A DNA stretch of 64,000 nucleotides from an uncultured Rivularia sp. (GTDB lineage: Bacteria; Cyanobacteriota; Cyanobacteriia; Cyanobacteriales; Nostocaceae), in the NCBI GenBank assembly GCA_963665115.1, contig OY762007.1, forward strand, positions 4,384,001-4,448,000. Reading direction: 5' to 3'. Positions within the stretch are counted from its first letter, which is position 1. The number at the start of each line of letters is the position of its first letter. The notes beneath the pieces were generated by a model, which ran no database searches, was not told where the DNA came from, and saw only the letters and a list, made by a program, of their open reading frames with translations. Positions 28,503 through 39,296 of the stretch are shown one piece after another. A program made the position numbers and the translations under genes.

Positions 28503-31217
28503 TTAATTTTTTTCGCTGTCACCAAGCAATATAAAAAAGAAGTTTTCTAATCCTTTTTCAAAACGCAATGTCTTAACTAAATCGTGTTCTTGAGACAAAA
28601 CTGAATCCACGATAATCATGTCGGGTTTAACAGAGATAGCTTTTTCGATACATTCTTCACCATTCGATGCTTCTACAACATTGTAACCTTGGGCTTTGAG
28701 TATTTCGGATAAAGTTAATAAAGTTGAAGCAGTTGTATCTACCACTAAAACTTTTTTAGCCGACGTTCCCTGAGATAGCAAAAAACCAATTTCTTTCATT
28801 AATTTATTGCTTTCAATAGGTTTAGTCATATATTTATCAACACCCAACTGATATCCTCTTTTTTTATCTTCAAATATAGATAGCATAATAATAGGAATAT
28901 CCATTTTAGTCGGGTCATTTTTGATAATTGCAGCCGTATCAAATCCATTAATTTGAGGCATCATCACATCAAGAATAATTAAATCTGGTTTCTTCACTTT
29001 AATTTGATAAATTGCATCTAAACCATCTTTAGCCTCTTGAACTGCATAACCTTGATTTTGTAAAGACTGTCTGAGTAATTCACGAATATTTGCATCATCA
29101 TCAACTACTAAAATTGTTTTTTGAGTATCGGAAGTAGGAATATTGTTAGTAGAGTGTTCTTGTAACTGTTTGACAAGACTATCTAAGTTGACAATTTGAT
29201 TAAATTGGTTTACTTCACTAATTATTTGAATCGGGATAGAAAAAGAGAAAGTACTGCCTTTAGTTAATTCGCTTTCTACCCAAATTTTACCACCGTGATG
29301 TTCAATAATTTGTTTGCAAATTGGTAATCCTAATCCCGTACCTTGAGGTTTGTCAGTAAATATTTCTCCTACTTGTTTGAATTTCTCAAATACTTGCAGA
29401 CAATCTTCTTGAGATATACCGCTACCTGTATCGGTAACGCTGATGATAATATTGCTATTGATTAATTTAGCACTACAGATAATAGAACCCTCATCAGTAA
29501 ATTTAACAGCATTTGATATCAGATTAATTAATACTTGAATCAGACGATCTTCATCACCAATAATTTTCGGTAGTGCTGGTTCTATATTTTTAATTAGTTC
29601 TAAATTTTTAGCATCAAATATAGTAGATGTAGCAGCTAAGGAACGCTCAATTACTTTTTGAATGTTAATTTCTTCTTGCTTCCAATCAAACTTTCCTGCT
29701 TCCATTTTGGCAATATCTAATACGTCATTAATTAAGGTGGTAAGACGTTCTGCTTCGGAGATAATAATATTAATATTATCCTTGACTCTTCTAATGGTTT
29801 TTTTAGTTTTGCGATTGTCATCAGGTAACAAAGGAAAAACATCTTCTTCTAGTTTTTCTTGAATAATCGATGCAAATCCTAATACCGAAGTTAGAGGAGT
29901 TCTTAATTCATGAGAAACAGTTGAAATAAAATCTGTTTTCATCCGATCGACTTCTTTTTCCTGAGTAATATCTCGGAGAAGAATCACCGAACCCAAACAG
30001 CTACAATACGAACCGATACAATTAGCTTCTATAATAGCGGTAACAGATGCTTTCACAAATTGGTTATCGTTTGGCTGTATTTCTGTTGTCAAAACTGCTG
30101 TAGGATTTTCCTGAGTTTTGTTTACTAATTCAACTACTTCAGGAATAAATTCCTGACAATAAAGTCCTTCAATATCTACATCTCCCAAGCCGAACATCCT
30201 TGTAATAGCAGGATTATAGTTGATTATCTTACCATCGGTATCGCTTACCAATAAACCATCTGCAAGGTTATCAATAATTGCTCTCAAATGTGCTGTATTG
30301 GCTGTTTGTTCTTCTAAAAGTTGCTTTACTCGGTTAATCAGATGGTTAAAAGAAGATGCTAAACTACCAACTTCATCTTCTGTTGTGACGGGAACTTGTA
30401 AATCAAAATTTTCTGAATCAGTTACTTTTTTTGCAACATTGTTAAGTTCAAGAATTGGAAATGATATCGCGTTGCTTATTTTTCTAGCTAGTATAATCGC
30501 AATTATAATAGATATAAAAATACCGCTAAAAGTAATATTATTACGGAATATTATGGCTTGCCTGACATTTAGTTTAGCTTCTTTAGCTTCCTGATTAAAT
30601 ACTTTAACTATTTCTGTCAAATCATCGGAAATATTATCAAATTTAATCGCTAAGTCACTATTGGTAAATTCTAAAAGTTTAAGTTGGGCATCTGTAATCT
30701 TATCACTCGAATCTAAGTTGAGAAGACGAACTTCTTTTACTAGCTGGTTCAGCGATTGTAAATAATTTTCTGGTATTCCTTCATACGCTTTGACAAAATA
30801 TTGTAATTTTAATATTTCTTCTTCCGAGTGCTTTTCTTCTTCCTGCATGATTAATTTAATTTGCAACCAACCTTTTTGAATTGTTTCTGAATGTTGAATA
30901 ATATGAGAATACTCATCATCAAAATCTGCTGGCTGCTTACTTAAAGGAATTAACTGTTGTTGATGGGTTCGTACTTGTAAAACTCCTGTTTGCAAACGAT
31001 ATAAAGCATTAACTTCAGCTAAAGCCTGTTCCTTTTGCTGTAGCGCTTTTGCTTCTAAATAATTTCCAGTTGTTACTCCTAAGACAGTTCCAAAAACAGA
31101 AATTCCCAGAGCTACAGCATATCCAATCGCTATTTTTTGATTAACTTTCATGCTACCTAACCATTGATAGCTTGGTTTTTTTATAGATTTTGTAGTTAAT
31201 AAACTATTTAAACTCAT
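28503..31217 (-). CDS. Hybrid sensor kinase (TM-HAMP-PAS-HisKA-HATPase-REC-REC)
   Basis: DEVGSLASSFN, SHELRTPL, NLISNAVKF, GTGLGL, two receiver-like domains. Confidence 0.93.
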   Translation of the reverse strand: MSLNSLLTTKSIKKPSYQWLGSMKVNQKIAIGYAVALGISVFGTVLGVTTGNYLEAKALQQKEQALAEVNALYRLQTGVLQVRTHQQQLIPLSKQPADFDDEYSHIIQHSETIQKGWLQIKLIMQEEEKHSEEEILKLQYFVKAYEGIPENYLQSLNQLVKEVRLLNLDSSDKITDAQLKLLEFTNSDLAIKFDNISDDLTEIVKVFNQEAKEAKLNVRQAIIFRNNITFSGIFISIIIAIILARKISNAISFPILELNNVAKKVTDSENFDLQVPVTTEDEVGSLASSFNHLINRVKQLLEEQTANTAHLRAIIDNLADGLLVSDTDGKIINYNPAITRMFGLGDVDIEGLYCQEFIPEVVELVNKTQENPTAVLTTEIQPNDNQFVKASVTAIIEANCIGSYCSCLGSVILLRDITQEKEVDRMKTDFISTVSHELRTPLTSVLGFASIIQEKLEEDVFPLLPDDNRKTKKTIRRVKDNINIIISEAERLTTLINDVLDIAKMEAGKFDWKQEEINIQKVIERSLAATSTIFDAKNLELIKNIEPALPKIIGDEDRLIQVLINLISNAVKFTDEGSIICSAKLINSNIIISVTDTGSGISQEDCLQVFEKFKQVGEIFTDKPQGTGLGLPICKQIIEHHGGKIWVESELTKGSTFSFSIPIQIISEVNQFNQIVNLDSLVKQLQEHSTNNIPTSDTQKTILVVDDDANIRELLRQSLQNQGYAVQEAKDGLDAIYQIKVKKPDLIILDVMMPQINGFDTAAIIKNDPTKMDIPIIMLSIFEDKKRGYQLGVDKYMTKPIESNKLMKEIGFLLSQGTSAKKVLVVDTTASTLLTLSEILKAQGYNVVEASNGEECIEKAISVKPDMIIVDSVLSQEHDLVKTLRFEKGLENFFFILLGDSEKN

Positions 31218-31295
31218 GTTTTAAGGTAGAAATACAGCAATGGTAAAATATAGTTTTCCCATTATTTTGCGATAAATAACAGAGAAACATAAAAG

Positions 31296-32972
31296 TTATT
31301 TTTTAATTTCCGAATCAACCTGCAATGTAACTTGAATTGGTTCAACTGGTATCTGAATCTTAAATTCCGTACCTTTATTTATTTCCGATACACATTTAAT
31401 AGTTCCACCATGCTTTTCTACTACAATCTGATAGCTAATTGCCATTCCCAAACCCGTTCCTTTCCCAATTTCTTTAGTTGTAAAAAATGGGTCATATAGC
31501 TTCTTTTGAATATCTTCAGCTATTCCCGAACCGTTATCTATAATAGAAATGTTGACCCAATTATCTTTCACCATTTGAGTGCGAATTATAATCAAATCTC
31601 CCTTTTCTTGTAAAGCATCGATCGCATTACTAAGGATATTCATAAATACTTGATTTAATTGCCCTGCATAACAATTTACTAAAGGTAGAACGCCGTATTC
31701 TTTCACTATTTCAATGGATTTTCGTTCTTTATTAGCACTTAAACGATGTCTTAGAATCATTAAAGTCCCATCAATACCTTCATGAATATTAACCGCTTTA
31801 ATTTCTGCTTTATCAAGATGCGAAAAAATGCCCAATGAACGCACAATATCTTTAATCCTGTTAACACCTACTTTCATAGAATTAAGTAAATCGAGAAAAT
31901 CATCTTTCATGAAATCAAGATTAATATCTTCTATTTTTTCTTCAATCTCTGATATTGGTTGTGGATAATTTTCTTGATATAGGTTTATCAATTCAATTAA
32001 GTCTTGTGCATAATTAAAACCGTAACCGATATTGCCTTTGATAAAATTGACTGGATTATTGATTTCATGAGCAATCCCAGCTACCATTTGTCCCAAGCTA
32101 GACATTTTTTCACTGTGTATTAATTGAGCTTGAGCTTGCTGCAATTTATCTAAAGCTTGCTGTAGCTCCTTAGTTTGTTGCTGAGCGGATTTTGCAGCAT
32201 TTAAACTTTGTTCGTACAGCAACGCTTTCTCAATGGCGATCGCCGCTTGGGTGGCAAAGATATTGAGGAGTTTTAACTCTTCGGTAGTATAGCTTACTTG
32301 GGTTTGGCTACCGACAGTAATAGCTGCAATTACTCGATCTTTATTTTTTAAAGGAACGCAAATTAAAGAAAGAATTGGTTTATCGTTATCGTAGCATTTT
32401 AAGCTTTCGCAAATATTGTTAACAATCTCTCCTTTGCCTCTGCTTATAATCTCACCTAAAATACCTTTACCTAAAGTTATCGGAAATTCAAAGCAGCCAA
32501 ATTCACCAAAATTAGAAATAGATTTTAGTTGATTTGTTTGATCGTCTAATAATAGAAATACTCCAATATTACACTCAATTATTGTGCTAATTCTTTCTAA
32601 AACTAATTGAGCAATTTGATTTATATCCAAACTATTAGTTATTTGTGTCGATAATTCATCAAATAAATCTATTTCTTCATATCTTTCTAATAATTCGTTT
32701 GCTAAAGACTTTTTTTCAAATTCTTGCTTTATTAAAAAAGAAATTAGTTCAGCAATTGCCAATGCTTTAGAATCTCCAACTACCCATGCATAAGTAGTAT
32801 CAGATAATTCAACCGGATACTTCTCGGTTAATCCTTCTGTAAAAGTACCAAACAGAACTTTGCCGTCGGTACTAACAAGGTACGATGGTGTTTCTATAGT
32901 GGCAAAAATATTTTTGACAAGATACTTGATATCTTTTTGAGTTAAAAGTTTCTGAAAATTAATAGGAATCAT
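31296..32972 (-). CDS. GAF-domain sensor histidine kinase
   Basis: LICVPL...QAAIAIEKA, AHEINNP, QVFMNILSNAIDA, PFFTTK. Confidence 0.92.
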   Translation of the reverse strand: MIPINFQKLLTQKDIKYLVKNIFATIETPSYLVSTDGKVLFGTFTEGLTEKYPVELSDTTYAWVVGDSKALAIAELISFLIKQEFEKKSLANELLERYEEIDLFDELSTQITNSLDINQIAQLVLERISTIIECNIGVFLLLDDQTNQLKSISNFGEFGCFEFPITLGKGILGEIISRGKGEIVNNICESLKCYDNDKPILSLICVPLKNKDRVIAAITVGSQTQVSYTTEELKLLNIFATQAAIAIEKALLYEQSLNAAKSAQQQTKELQQALDKLQQAQAQLIHSEKMSSLGQMVAGIAHEINNPVNFIKGNIGYGFNYAQDLIELINLYQENYPQPISEIEEKIEDINLDFMKDDFLDLLNSMKVGVNRIKDIVRSLGIFSHLDKAEIKAVNIHEGIDGTLMILRHRLSANKERKSIEIVKEYGVLPLVNCYAGQLNQVFMNILSNAIDALQEKGDLIIIRTQMVKDNWVNISIIDNGSGIAEDIQKKLYDPFFTTKEIGKGTGLGMAISYQIVVEKHGGTIKCVSEINKGTEFKIQIPVEPIQVTLQVDSEIKK

Positions 32973-33295
32973 TCATTAACTGCCTTAACTGGGAACACAA
33001 GGGAAAATCACTCATTCGCTTTACCTATAACTTGCTTATCATCCGTCTTCATAATTAGAGATTATTGAAATTAGACTTAGATGTAAATTAAAGAACCTTG
33101 TATAAGCAAAGGAAATGCATACTACATAGAAGAAACCTAATATTTAGGTTTCCCAAAAACTTCACAAAATTACCATAAAGAGAAAAATTCGCCTTTTATA
33201 TCTGAAAAAGCGAGAATCATGATTATTGAGGAGTAGGAAACAGTAAACAGGAGATATCTTAGTTTTTCTGACAATTTTGCAGCTTAGTGTTATAG

Positions 33296-34453
33296 CTAAA
33301 TATCTAATAAATTTCCAGCAGGGCGGAAGGTTTCAAAAGCCATCCTACGACAGCCATCTCCCCCTTTACGGACGTTATTTAAGAAATTTTGTTTTCTAAC
33401 AGCAAATATAAACTTTTTTTCTAGTTGATTAACTAAGGTACCATCCAACCACTCACCCTTATTGAAAGCCAAACCGATATCTTTATCAGAGAGATGTTGT
33501 TTTTGCTGACAAATTTCTGCAACATCTTTAATTAGAGATTCTAACTTAGCCTCCAAAATTGAGCAAATTTTATCAAACTCCTGTAAATGTTCTTCCGGTA
33601 ACTCCTTCCGTATTGCTTCTAAATCATCACCCTCTTTCATCATTTCCCATATTGCCAACGGTGTGACTTGGGATGTTAAACGATGCAGACGACAATATTC
33701 TGCACCTTTAATTTTCAAACGATGTCCGTTAGCGAACTTAATTACCCATCCTTCGCTATTTCTATCTAGAGTTTTTGATGCTTCAACTAAATTAGCGATA
33801 GATTCAAACTTTTCTATTTCCGTAACTCGTATTTTAAGTTTATCAGCTAAAATTTCAATTTTGGAACGAGTATATTCACATCCATTTAAATCGTAAGCAC
33901 TTAATAAAACCATTCCTTGAAAATCGTAAGGTACAACAACCCGATTTCCTAAATAAATAATTTCAAAAAGATAAGTATTGCCAATTTCTAATAAACCAGT
34001 ATCTACATTTTCATCTAACCATTTTTGTCCCCAAATAGCTGCATCAGAATCAAACGAACCTCTCGTCGTAACTCGCCATCTTTCACCATCAAAAAACACT
34101 ACACCCAAAGAACCATCGTACTTTTGATAAACTAAAATATCTCCAGATATGTCAGCATCCCAAACTTTTGCTTCACCAAAATTAAAAAACTTTGGAAAAG
34201 GTGTCGCAATTACAGCTTGCTTTTTGACATCAAGAACTAATCCCCTGCTAATCAACGTAAAAATATTCCAATTCGCTTTGTATTGTGCGTGAGTCGTATA
34301 GTTAAAAATTTCTAAATCGCCTTCAACAACACGAACTATATTTCTTGCTTTGACATTTACTAAAAGTCCTTGATAAAGTTCTTCAAAAGGAATTCCTCTT
34401 GCTGGATGTATACCCCAAGTTGTTTTGATTTGTTCAAAGGTTATTTCTGCCAT
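33296..34453 (-). CDS. T4 RnlA/Rnl1-like ATP-dependent RNA ligase
   Basis: SRGLV, PFPKFFN, motif I KYDGSLG, TRGSF, FEII...NRVVVPY, EGWV, RLKIK. Confidence 0.85.
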   Translation of the reverse strand: MAEITFEQIKTTWGIHPARGIPFEELYQGLLVNVKARNIVRVVEGDLEIFNYTTHAQYKANWNIFTLISRGLVLDVKKQAVIATPFPKFFNFGEAKVWDADISGDILVYQKYDGSLGVVFFDGERWRVTTRGSFDSDAAIWGQKWLDENVDTGLLEIGNTYLFEIIYLGNRVVVPYDFQGMVLLSAYDLNGCEYTRSKIEILADKLKIRVTEIEKFESIANLVEASKTLDRNSEGWVIKFANGHRLKIKGAEYCRLHRLTSQVTPLAIWEMMKEGDDLEAIRKELPEEHLQEFDKICSILEAKLESLIKDVAEICQQKQHLSDKDIGLAFNKGEWLDGTLVNQLEKKFIFAVRKQNFLNNVRKGGDGCRRMAFETFRPAGNLLDI

Positions 34454-34693
34454 AGATTTTTCATATAAAATAATGTAGTACTATTGTAGTATTAAATGGA
34501 CGGGCAAGGATGCCCATCCCACAAGAATTTTTTACAAAATACCGCAAATAATGTAGAGACGTAGCATTGCTACGTCTCCCCGTATTTTGTTTTCTATAGA
34601 GAATTTAGAATAATTTTAGATATTAAAAAACCCGATTTATCCAAAAAACCGGGTTTCCAATCAACTTAAATTTTTACTAGCTATTGGTTGTTT

Positions 34694-36013
34694 CTACCAT
34701 TCTTTTCCCTTTCCTTCTTCCTTAATTCTCGCCTTGGGAAAATGATTTACTTCGGTAGGAACTTCCGCATTCTTGATAGCTTGATTATCCATGAAACCCT
34801 GAATAATTTCAGGTACATCTAAACCAGTAGTTTGACGGAGTTGCTCGATAAAAGATGCCATCTTAGTTGCATTGTTGCCTTGACTGCCATCAATTATAGT
34901 TACCTTCTCCACTTCCAACTCTGGAATACTTGAAGCCATTGCCTTGAGTAACACATCAAATTTTTGCAGTAAGAAGATTTCCTTAGCATTACTACCAGCA
35001 TTTTGCCAAGATTCGGCTAGCTTCTTAGTACCTTCAGCTTGAGCTTTACCGTCTTCAATGATACTTGCCGCATTACCCTTGGCACTGGCGATCGCTCTTT
35101 TGCATTCGGCTTCTGCGGGTGCAACGACATCAGCTATTAATTGCTGCTCCACCTGTTTGATGCGTTCGTTTTGTACTGCGACTTCGGCTTGAGTTTTCAC
35201 AACATTAGCACCAACTTCGGCTTCCACTTCAGCCACCATTGCTACCCGTTTGGTGACAGCATCCCTAACTCTTCTTTGTGCTTCCGCCTTGGCAATTTGT
35301 AAATCTCTTTCAGTACGTTTTAAAGCCACTAGTTTTTCATTTTCAGAAGAGCAAATTTCCGATTTAGCATTAGCTTCGGCTTCAGCAATCCGGGAATCTC
35401 GTAAAAGATCGGCACGTTGTTTTCTTCCCATAGCTTGTAGATATTTCGTCTCGCTAGAAATCTGCTGAATTTGTAAACTATCTAAAATCAAACCCAATTT
35501 TTCTAAATCGTCTTCGGCTTCTTCTAACAAGTTTTTAGCAAAAGCAATTTTATCTTCATTAACTTCTTCCGGAGTTAAACTAGCTAAAACACCCCGGAGA
35601 TTTCCTTCCAATGTTTCCTTCGCTAACTGTTTTATTTGCTGTTGACTTTTACCCAACAATCTTTCAATTGCATTATGAATAGTAGGTTCTTCACCAGCAA
35701 CTTTGATATTCGCCACCCCTTGAACATTCAAAGGAATACCACCTTTAGAGTAAGCATTAAGAACCTCAAGGTCAATAATAATGTTACCCAAATCCATCCG
35801 AAAAGTACGTTCAAACAAAGGAGTTTGAATACTGCTTCCACCCTTCACCAAACGATATCCAACTTCCCTGCCATCAGAAGTTTTATGAGTACCGCCAGCA
35901 AAAATAAGTACTTCACTAGGCTGACAAATATGATAGAAATAGCGAATAATCCAATAGCCAGCAGTCGAACCGAAACCTAAAAGTCCTAAGAATAAACCGA
36001 TAAGAGGTAACAT
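34694..36013 (-). CDS. Flotillin / SPFH-domain protein
   Basis: ICQPSEVLIFAG, AYSKGGIPL, ETLEGNLRGVLA, AEA-rich coiled coil. Confidence 0.92.
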   Translation of the reverse strand: MLPLIGLFLGLLGFGSTAGYWIIRYFYHICQPSEVLIFAGGTHKTSDGREVGYRLVKGGSSIQTPLFERTFRMDLGNIIIDLEVLNAYSKGGIPLNVQGVANIKVAGEEPTIHNAIERLLGKSQQQIKQLAKETLEGNLRGVLASLTPEEVNEDKIAFAKNLLEEAEDDLEKLGLILDSLQIQQISSETKYLQAMGRKQRADLLRDSRIAEAEANAKSEICSSENEKLVALKRTERDLQIAKAEAQRRVRDAVTKRVAMVAEVEAEVGANVVKTQAEVAVQNERIKQVEQQLIADVVAPAEAECKRAIASAKGNAASIIEDGKAQAEGTKKLAESWQNAGSNAKEIFLLQKFDVLLKAMASSIPELEVEKVTIIDGSQGNNATKMASFIEQLRQTTGLDVPEIIQGFMDNQAIKNAEVPTEVNHFPKARIKEEGKGKEW

Positions 36014-36023
36014 AATTTTTTAT

Positions 36024-36305
36024 GGTAATTGGTAATTGGTAATTGGTAATTGGGGATTGGGGATTGGGAATAGGGCATTGGGGATTGGGAATTGGTAATT
36101 GGGGATTGGGGATTGGGAATAGGGCATTGGGGATTGGGAATAGTTAGAAGTAGGAGTTAGGAGTGGGAGCATCTTGCTCCCTGTTCTCATTCTCCCCATC
36201 TCCCCCCTCTCCCCCTCTCCCCCCTCTACCCCCTCTCCCCCCTCTCCCCCCTCTACCCCCTCTCCCCTCTCTACCCCCTCTCCCCCATCTCCCCCCTCTC
36301 CCCCC
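36024..36305. repeat. STRR heptamers, REP hairpin and (CCCCCTCTC/A)n 9-mer array
   Basis: Whole intergenic spacer between the flotillin genes is repeats. Confidence 0.9.
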
Positions 36306-37655
36306 TCACTCCTTCTTCCCCGAAAGCGTTCCTAACACATCAATTCCTAAAGTTTGATTGATGCTTTCTAGATACTGATTGAGGATTTCTGGATAAACTT
36401 TGACTAGACTTGCTAAAGATTTACCGTCACCGCTATCTACTACAGTGATTTTATTTAAATACAGCCGTTTGGGAATTTCTACGGCTTCGTTTAAGATGGT
36501 TTCTAACTGTTGAATCAAAAATAGTTCGGAAACATCAGTATCGGTTTCTTGCCAAACTTGGGCGAGCATTTCGTTAACTAAAGCAGCAGCTTTGGCATTT
36601 TCGGCAATTACAGATGCTTCTCCTTTTGCTTTCAATTCCTTGGCTTGCTGTAGCGCTTTTGCTGGCAATACTTGATCTGCTTCTAAACGCAGACGTTCAA
36701 ATTCTGCACGCAGTTGTTGCAGTTTTTGCTCGAAGAAAGCCTGTTTTTCCTTGACTGTTGCGTTGGTAATTTCTTCTTCAGAGCGTGCTTGTTGTTCTAA
36801 TTTGGCTTTGACTTCTCTGAGTTCGTTTTCTTTCTCTAAAATAGTAACGCGATTTTGGGTTTTAGCAACTTCTGATTCCTGCTGACATTGCGATTCGATG
36901 CTTTCGGCTTCTCTCAAAGCGTTGGATTCAGCAATTTCTGCATCTCTAACAATTGCCGCAATCTGCTTTCTGCCAATCGAACTTAAATAATCAACATCAT
37001 CGGAAACACTTTGAATTTTTAAAGTATCGATTTGCAAACCCAACTTCATTAAATCGCGACTGACATCAGAAGTAATACTTTGGGCAAATTGCAGTCTATC
37101 TTCGTTAACTTGCTCTGGGGTTAAAGTTGCAACAACACCACGTAAATTACCCTCAAGGGTTTCCCTCGCTACCCGCAAAATCTCGTTTCTATCGCTTTTC
37201 AAAAATCTCTCAATCGCATTACCAATAATATTCGGATTGTTGGAAAGTTTGACATTGGCGATCGCCTGAATATTTAATGGCGTACCTCCCTTAGAATAAG
37301 CATTTTTAACTTCCACTGGAACTGGCATAGTAGTTACATCCATGCGTCGAACTTTCTCAACAATGGGAATGCGAATTGCTCTCCCTCCAGCAAGTACGCG
37401 ATATCCAACCTCTTGCCCATCCTTCGTCTTCCGCTTACGTCCAGAAATAACCAGTACTTCATTCGGTTTGCAAATACACAGGCATGATTGCAGAAACCAG
37501 GCTACCACAACGATACTGAATATTCCTGTAGCAATTAGTAAACTAGTGCCAAAAAGTCCACCCAGATTACTTTGCTGAACTTCTACCGGACGGTTTGATT
37601 CAACTTGCGCTATTTGTAAGCTTTTAACATCTTGTTTTAAGACTGATTTAAACAT
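36306..37655 (-). CDS. Flotillin / SPFH-domain protein
   Basis: ICKPNEVLVISG, AYSKGGTPL, ETLEGNLRGVVA. Confidence 0.92.
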   Translation of the reverse strand: MFKSVLKQDVKSLQIAQVESNRPVEVQQSNLGGLFGTSLLIATGIFSIVVVAWFLQSCLCICKPNEVLVISGRKRKTKDGQEVGYRVLAGGRAIRIPIVEKVRRMDVTTMPVPVEVKNAYSKGGTPLNIQAIANVKLSNNPNIIGNAIERFLKSDRNEILRVARETLEGNLRGVVATLTPEQVNEDRLQFAQSITSDVSRDLMKLGLQIDTLKIQSVSDDVDYLSSIGRKQIAAIVRDAEIAESNALREAESIESQCQQESEVAKTQNRVTILEKENELREVKAKLEQQARSEEEITNATVKEKQAFFEQKLQQLRAEFERLRLEADQVLPAKALQQAKELKAKGEASVIAENAKAAALVNEMLAQVWQETDTDVSELFLIQQLETILNEAVEIPKRLYLNKITVVDSGDGKSLASLVKVYPEILNQYLESINQTLGIDVLGTLSGKKE

Positions 37656-37707
37656 TTGTCTAAGTTAGTTTTTAGTGATTAATTGATAATTGATAATTGA
37701 TAATTGC

Positions 37708-38052
37708 TCATTGATAATTGTTCATTGATTCCTCACCAATTACCCATAATTGATTCTTCTTTACTTGCACGATAAAAACCTTATCTCCTGGCTGAAAACT
37801 TTTAGAGTCATCAGTACAAGCTATAAAATCAACTGTCAAGCCTTGTCCCGGTATATTTACTCGAATCTTTCCTTTACAAGTACTATCAAACGGAACTTCT
37901 ACCGTGCCATAAAGACCAACTAAATTATTAGTAGAACGCATACTATCTACCTTTTGTCGGCGACGCTGGATGATAATTAGCAAAACGATAACAGCACCGC
38001 AACATATACCAATAGCAATTGCAATTAGAGCAACTACAAATAAGTTCATCAT
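37708..38052 (-). CDS. Short NfeD-like protein
   Basis: TM then LVGLYGTVEVPF...KGKIRV OB-fold pattern, upstream of flotillins. Confidence 0.8.
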   Translation of the reverse strand: MMNLFVVALIAIAIGICCGAVIVLLIIIQRRRQKVDSMRSTNNLVGLYGTVEVPFDSTCKGKIRVNIPGQGLTVDFIACTDDSKSFQPGDKVFIVQVKKNQLWVIGEESMNNYQ

Positions 38053-38218
38053 TGTTTGTTTGTATCCAACTTTAAAGTCAACGTCAATATTTGCAGTTTA
38101 ACTGTTATCTTAAATCTGCTTACCGTTGAATATCATCCATTTTTACGGTAATTTCACGGTTTAACCGATCTGAAACTATGCGTAACCGCTAATACCCGAA
38201 GGCTACAATTTTATATCT

Positions 38219-38364
38219 GGAGTTTTCGGGGAAAAACGGAAATGTTTACAAAACTTAATAGAAGACGTTAGGAACCCAACGAGATGTTCGCGCAGCGAGC
38301 GCGTGCGGCTCATCATTCTTAAAACCACCGGGGGCTGCGAACCCGCGTCTTATAGCGAAACTCC
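38219..38364. other. GC-rich structured element (MITE-like or ncRNA)
   Basis: GGAGTTTTCG / CGAAACTCC terminal inverted repeat; inner AAGACG/CGTCTT stem enclosing three hairpins. Confidence 0.45.
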
Positions 38365-38432
38365 TATAAATAGGGCTTGCTGAAAGTTGAAAATGGTGCG
38401 GAATATCAGTTGCAACGCACTTTATATACAGC

Positions 38433-39176
38433 CTACTCCCAACTACCAACTTCCTGCCCTATATCTAATGAACCATGACTTTTTTGTTCATCAAGAATAT
38501 CAGCGGCTTCTTTTAAAAGTTCTTGTTGCTCCACTTGAATTTCTTCTAGTCTTGCGGAAATATATTTTAATCTTTGCTGCTTATTAGAAGAAATAATTTG
38601 ATAAGTATTATTATGTAATTTTAATTCTGGATTCTTATTTATAGTTTTTGTATCTGTAAATTTATTAGTTGCGAAATTACTAAACTTCCCAAGCCATAGC
38701 CAACAATATTTAATTAAAGATCTTAGCAATTTTAAAGGTATTTTTAGTATTGATAAACTTGCCGTTTCAATTAAACGACCAATTGCTTTTATTAAACTCC
38801 ATAATATAGCTAGACTAAATACAATAACAATTAAACTAATAATGGGATGACTAACAGCCCAATTGAACGATCTGAGAATTCCTAAAAAAGCCGGATGTTG
38901 TTCAAACCAATCTGTTACCGAAGAATTAACAACATTTTGTACCGCAATCTGCGGTAAATTTTCTTCTAAAGAACCTTTAGCTTGCTCTATGGTATGATTA
39001 AATGTATCGATAGCATTTTCAGTACTTTGAGTTGCTGTTTGCTGCCAATCATCGCTTGTCTTTTGTGCCTTATCGGTAAGATAATTAAACTTTTGCCCTA
39101 CATTTTCCTTAGTTTGTTGTAAGCGCTGAATTAAAGATTCCGATACAGTAATATCGAAACTATTTTGTATATTCAT
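38433..39176 (-). CDS. Hypothetical membrane protein with coiled coils
   Basis: 247 aa ORF with central hydrophobic segment. Confidence 0.75.
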   Translation of the reverse strand: MNIQNSFDITVSESLIQRLQQTKENVGQKFNYLTDKAQKTSDDWQQTATQSTENAIDTFNHTIEQAKGSLEENLPQIAVQNVVNSSVTDWFEQHPAFLGILRSFNWAVSHPIISLIVIVFSLAILWSLIKAIGRLIETASLSILKIPLKLLRSLIKYCWLWLGKFSNFATNKFTDTKTINKNPELKLHNNTYQIISSNKQQRLKYISARLEEIQVEQQELLKEAADILDEQKSHGSLDIGQEVGSWE

Positions 39177-39296
39177 AAAAGTTTCAATAATTATTCAATA
39201 ATTAAATTAAATAGACTGAAAACGGGACAGAGCATCTGATAATCTCATTACAAGGCAGAACCTTATAACGAGATTGGCGTAAATTAATTCTAACCT

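Noticed and set aside
38290..38320. Hammerhead ribozyme (minus strand UGAUGAG...CGAAC)
   Set aside because: Lacks the CUGAUGA and GAAA core and a consistent stem I/III arrangement
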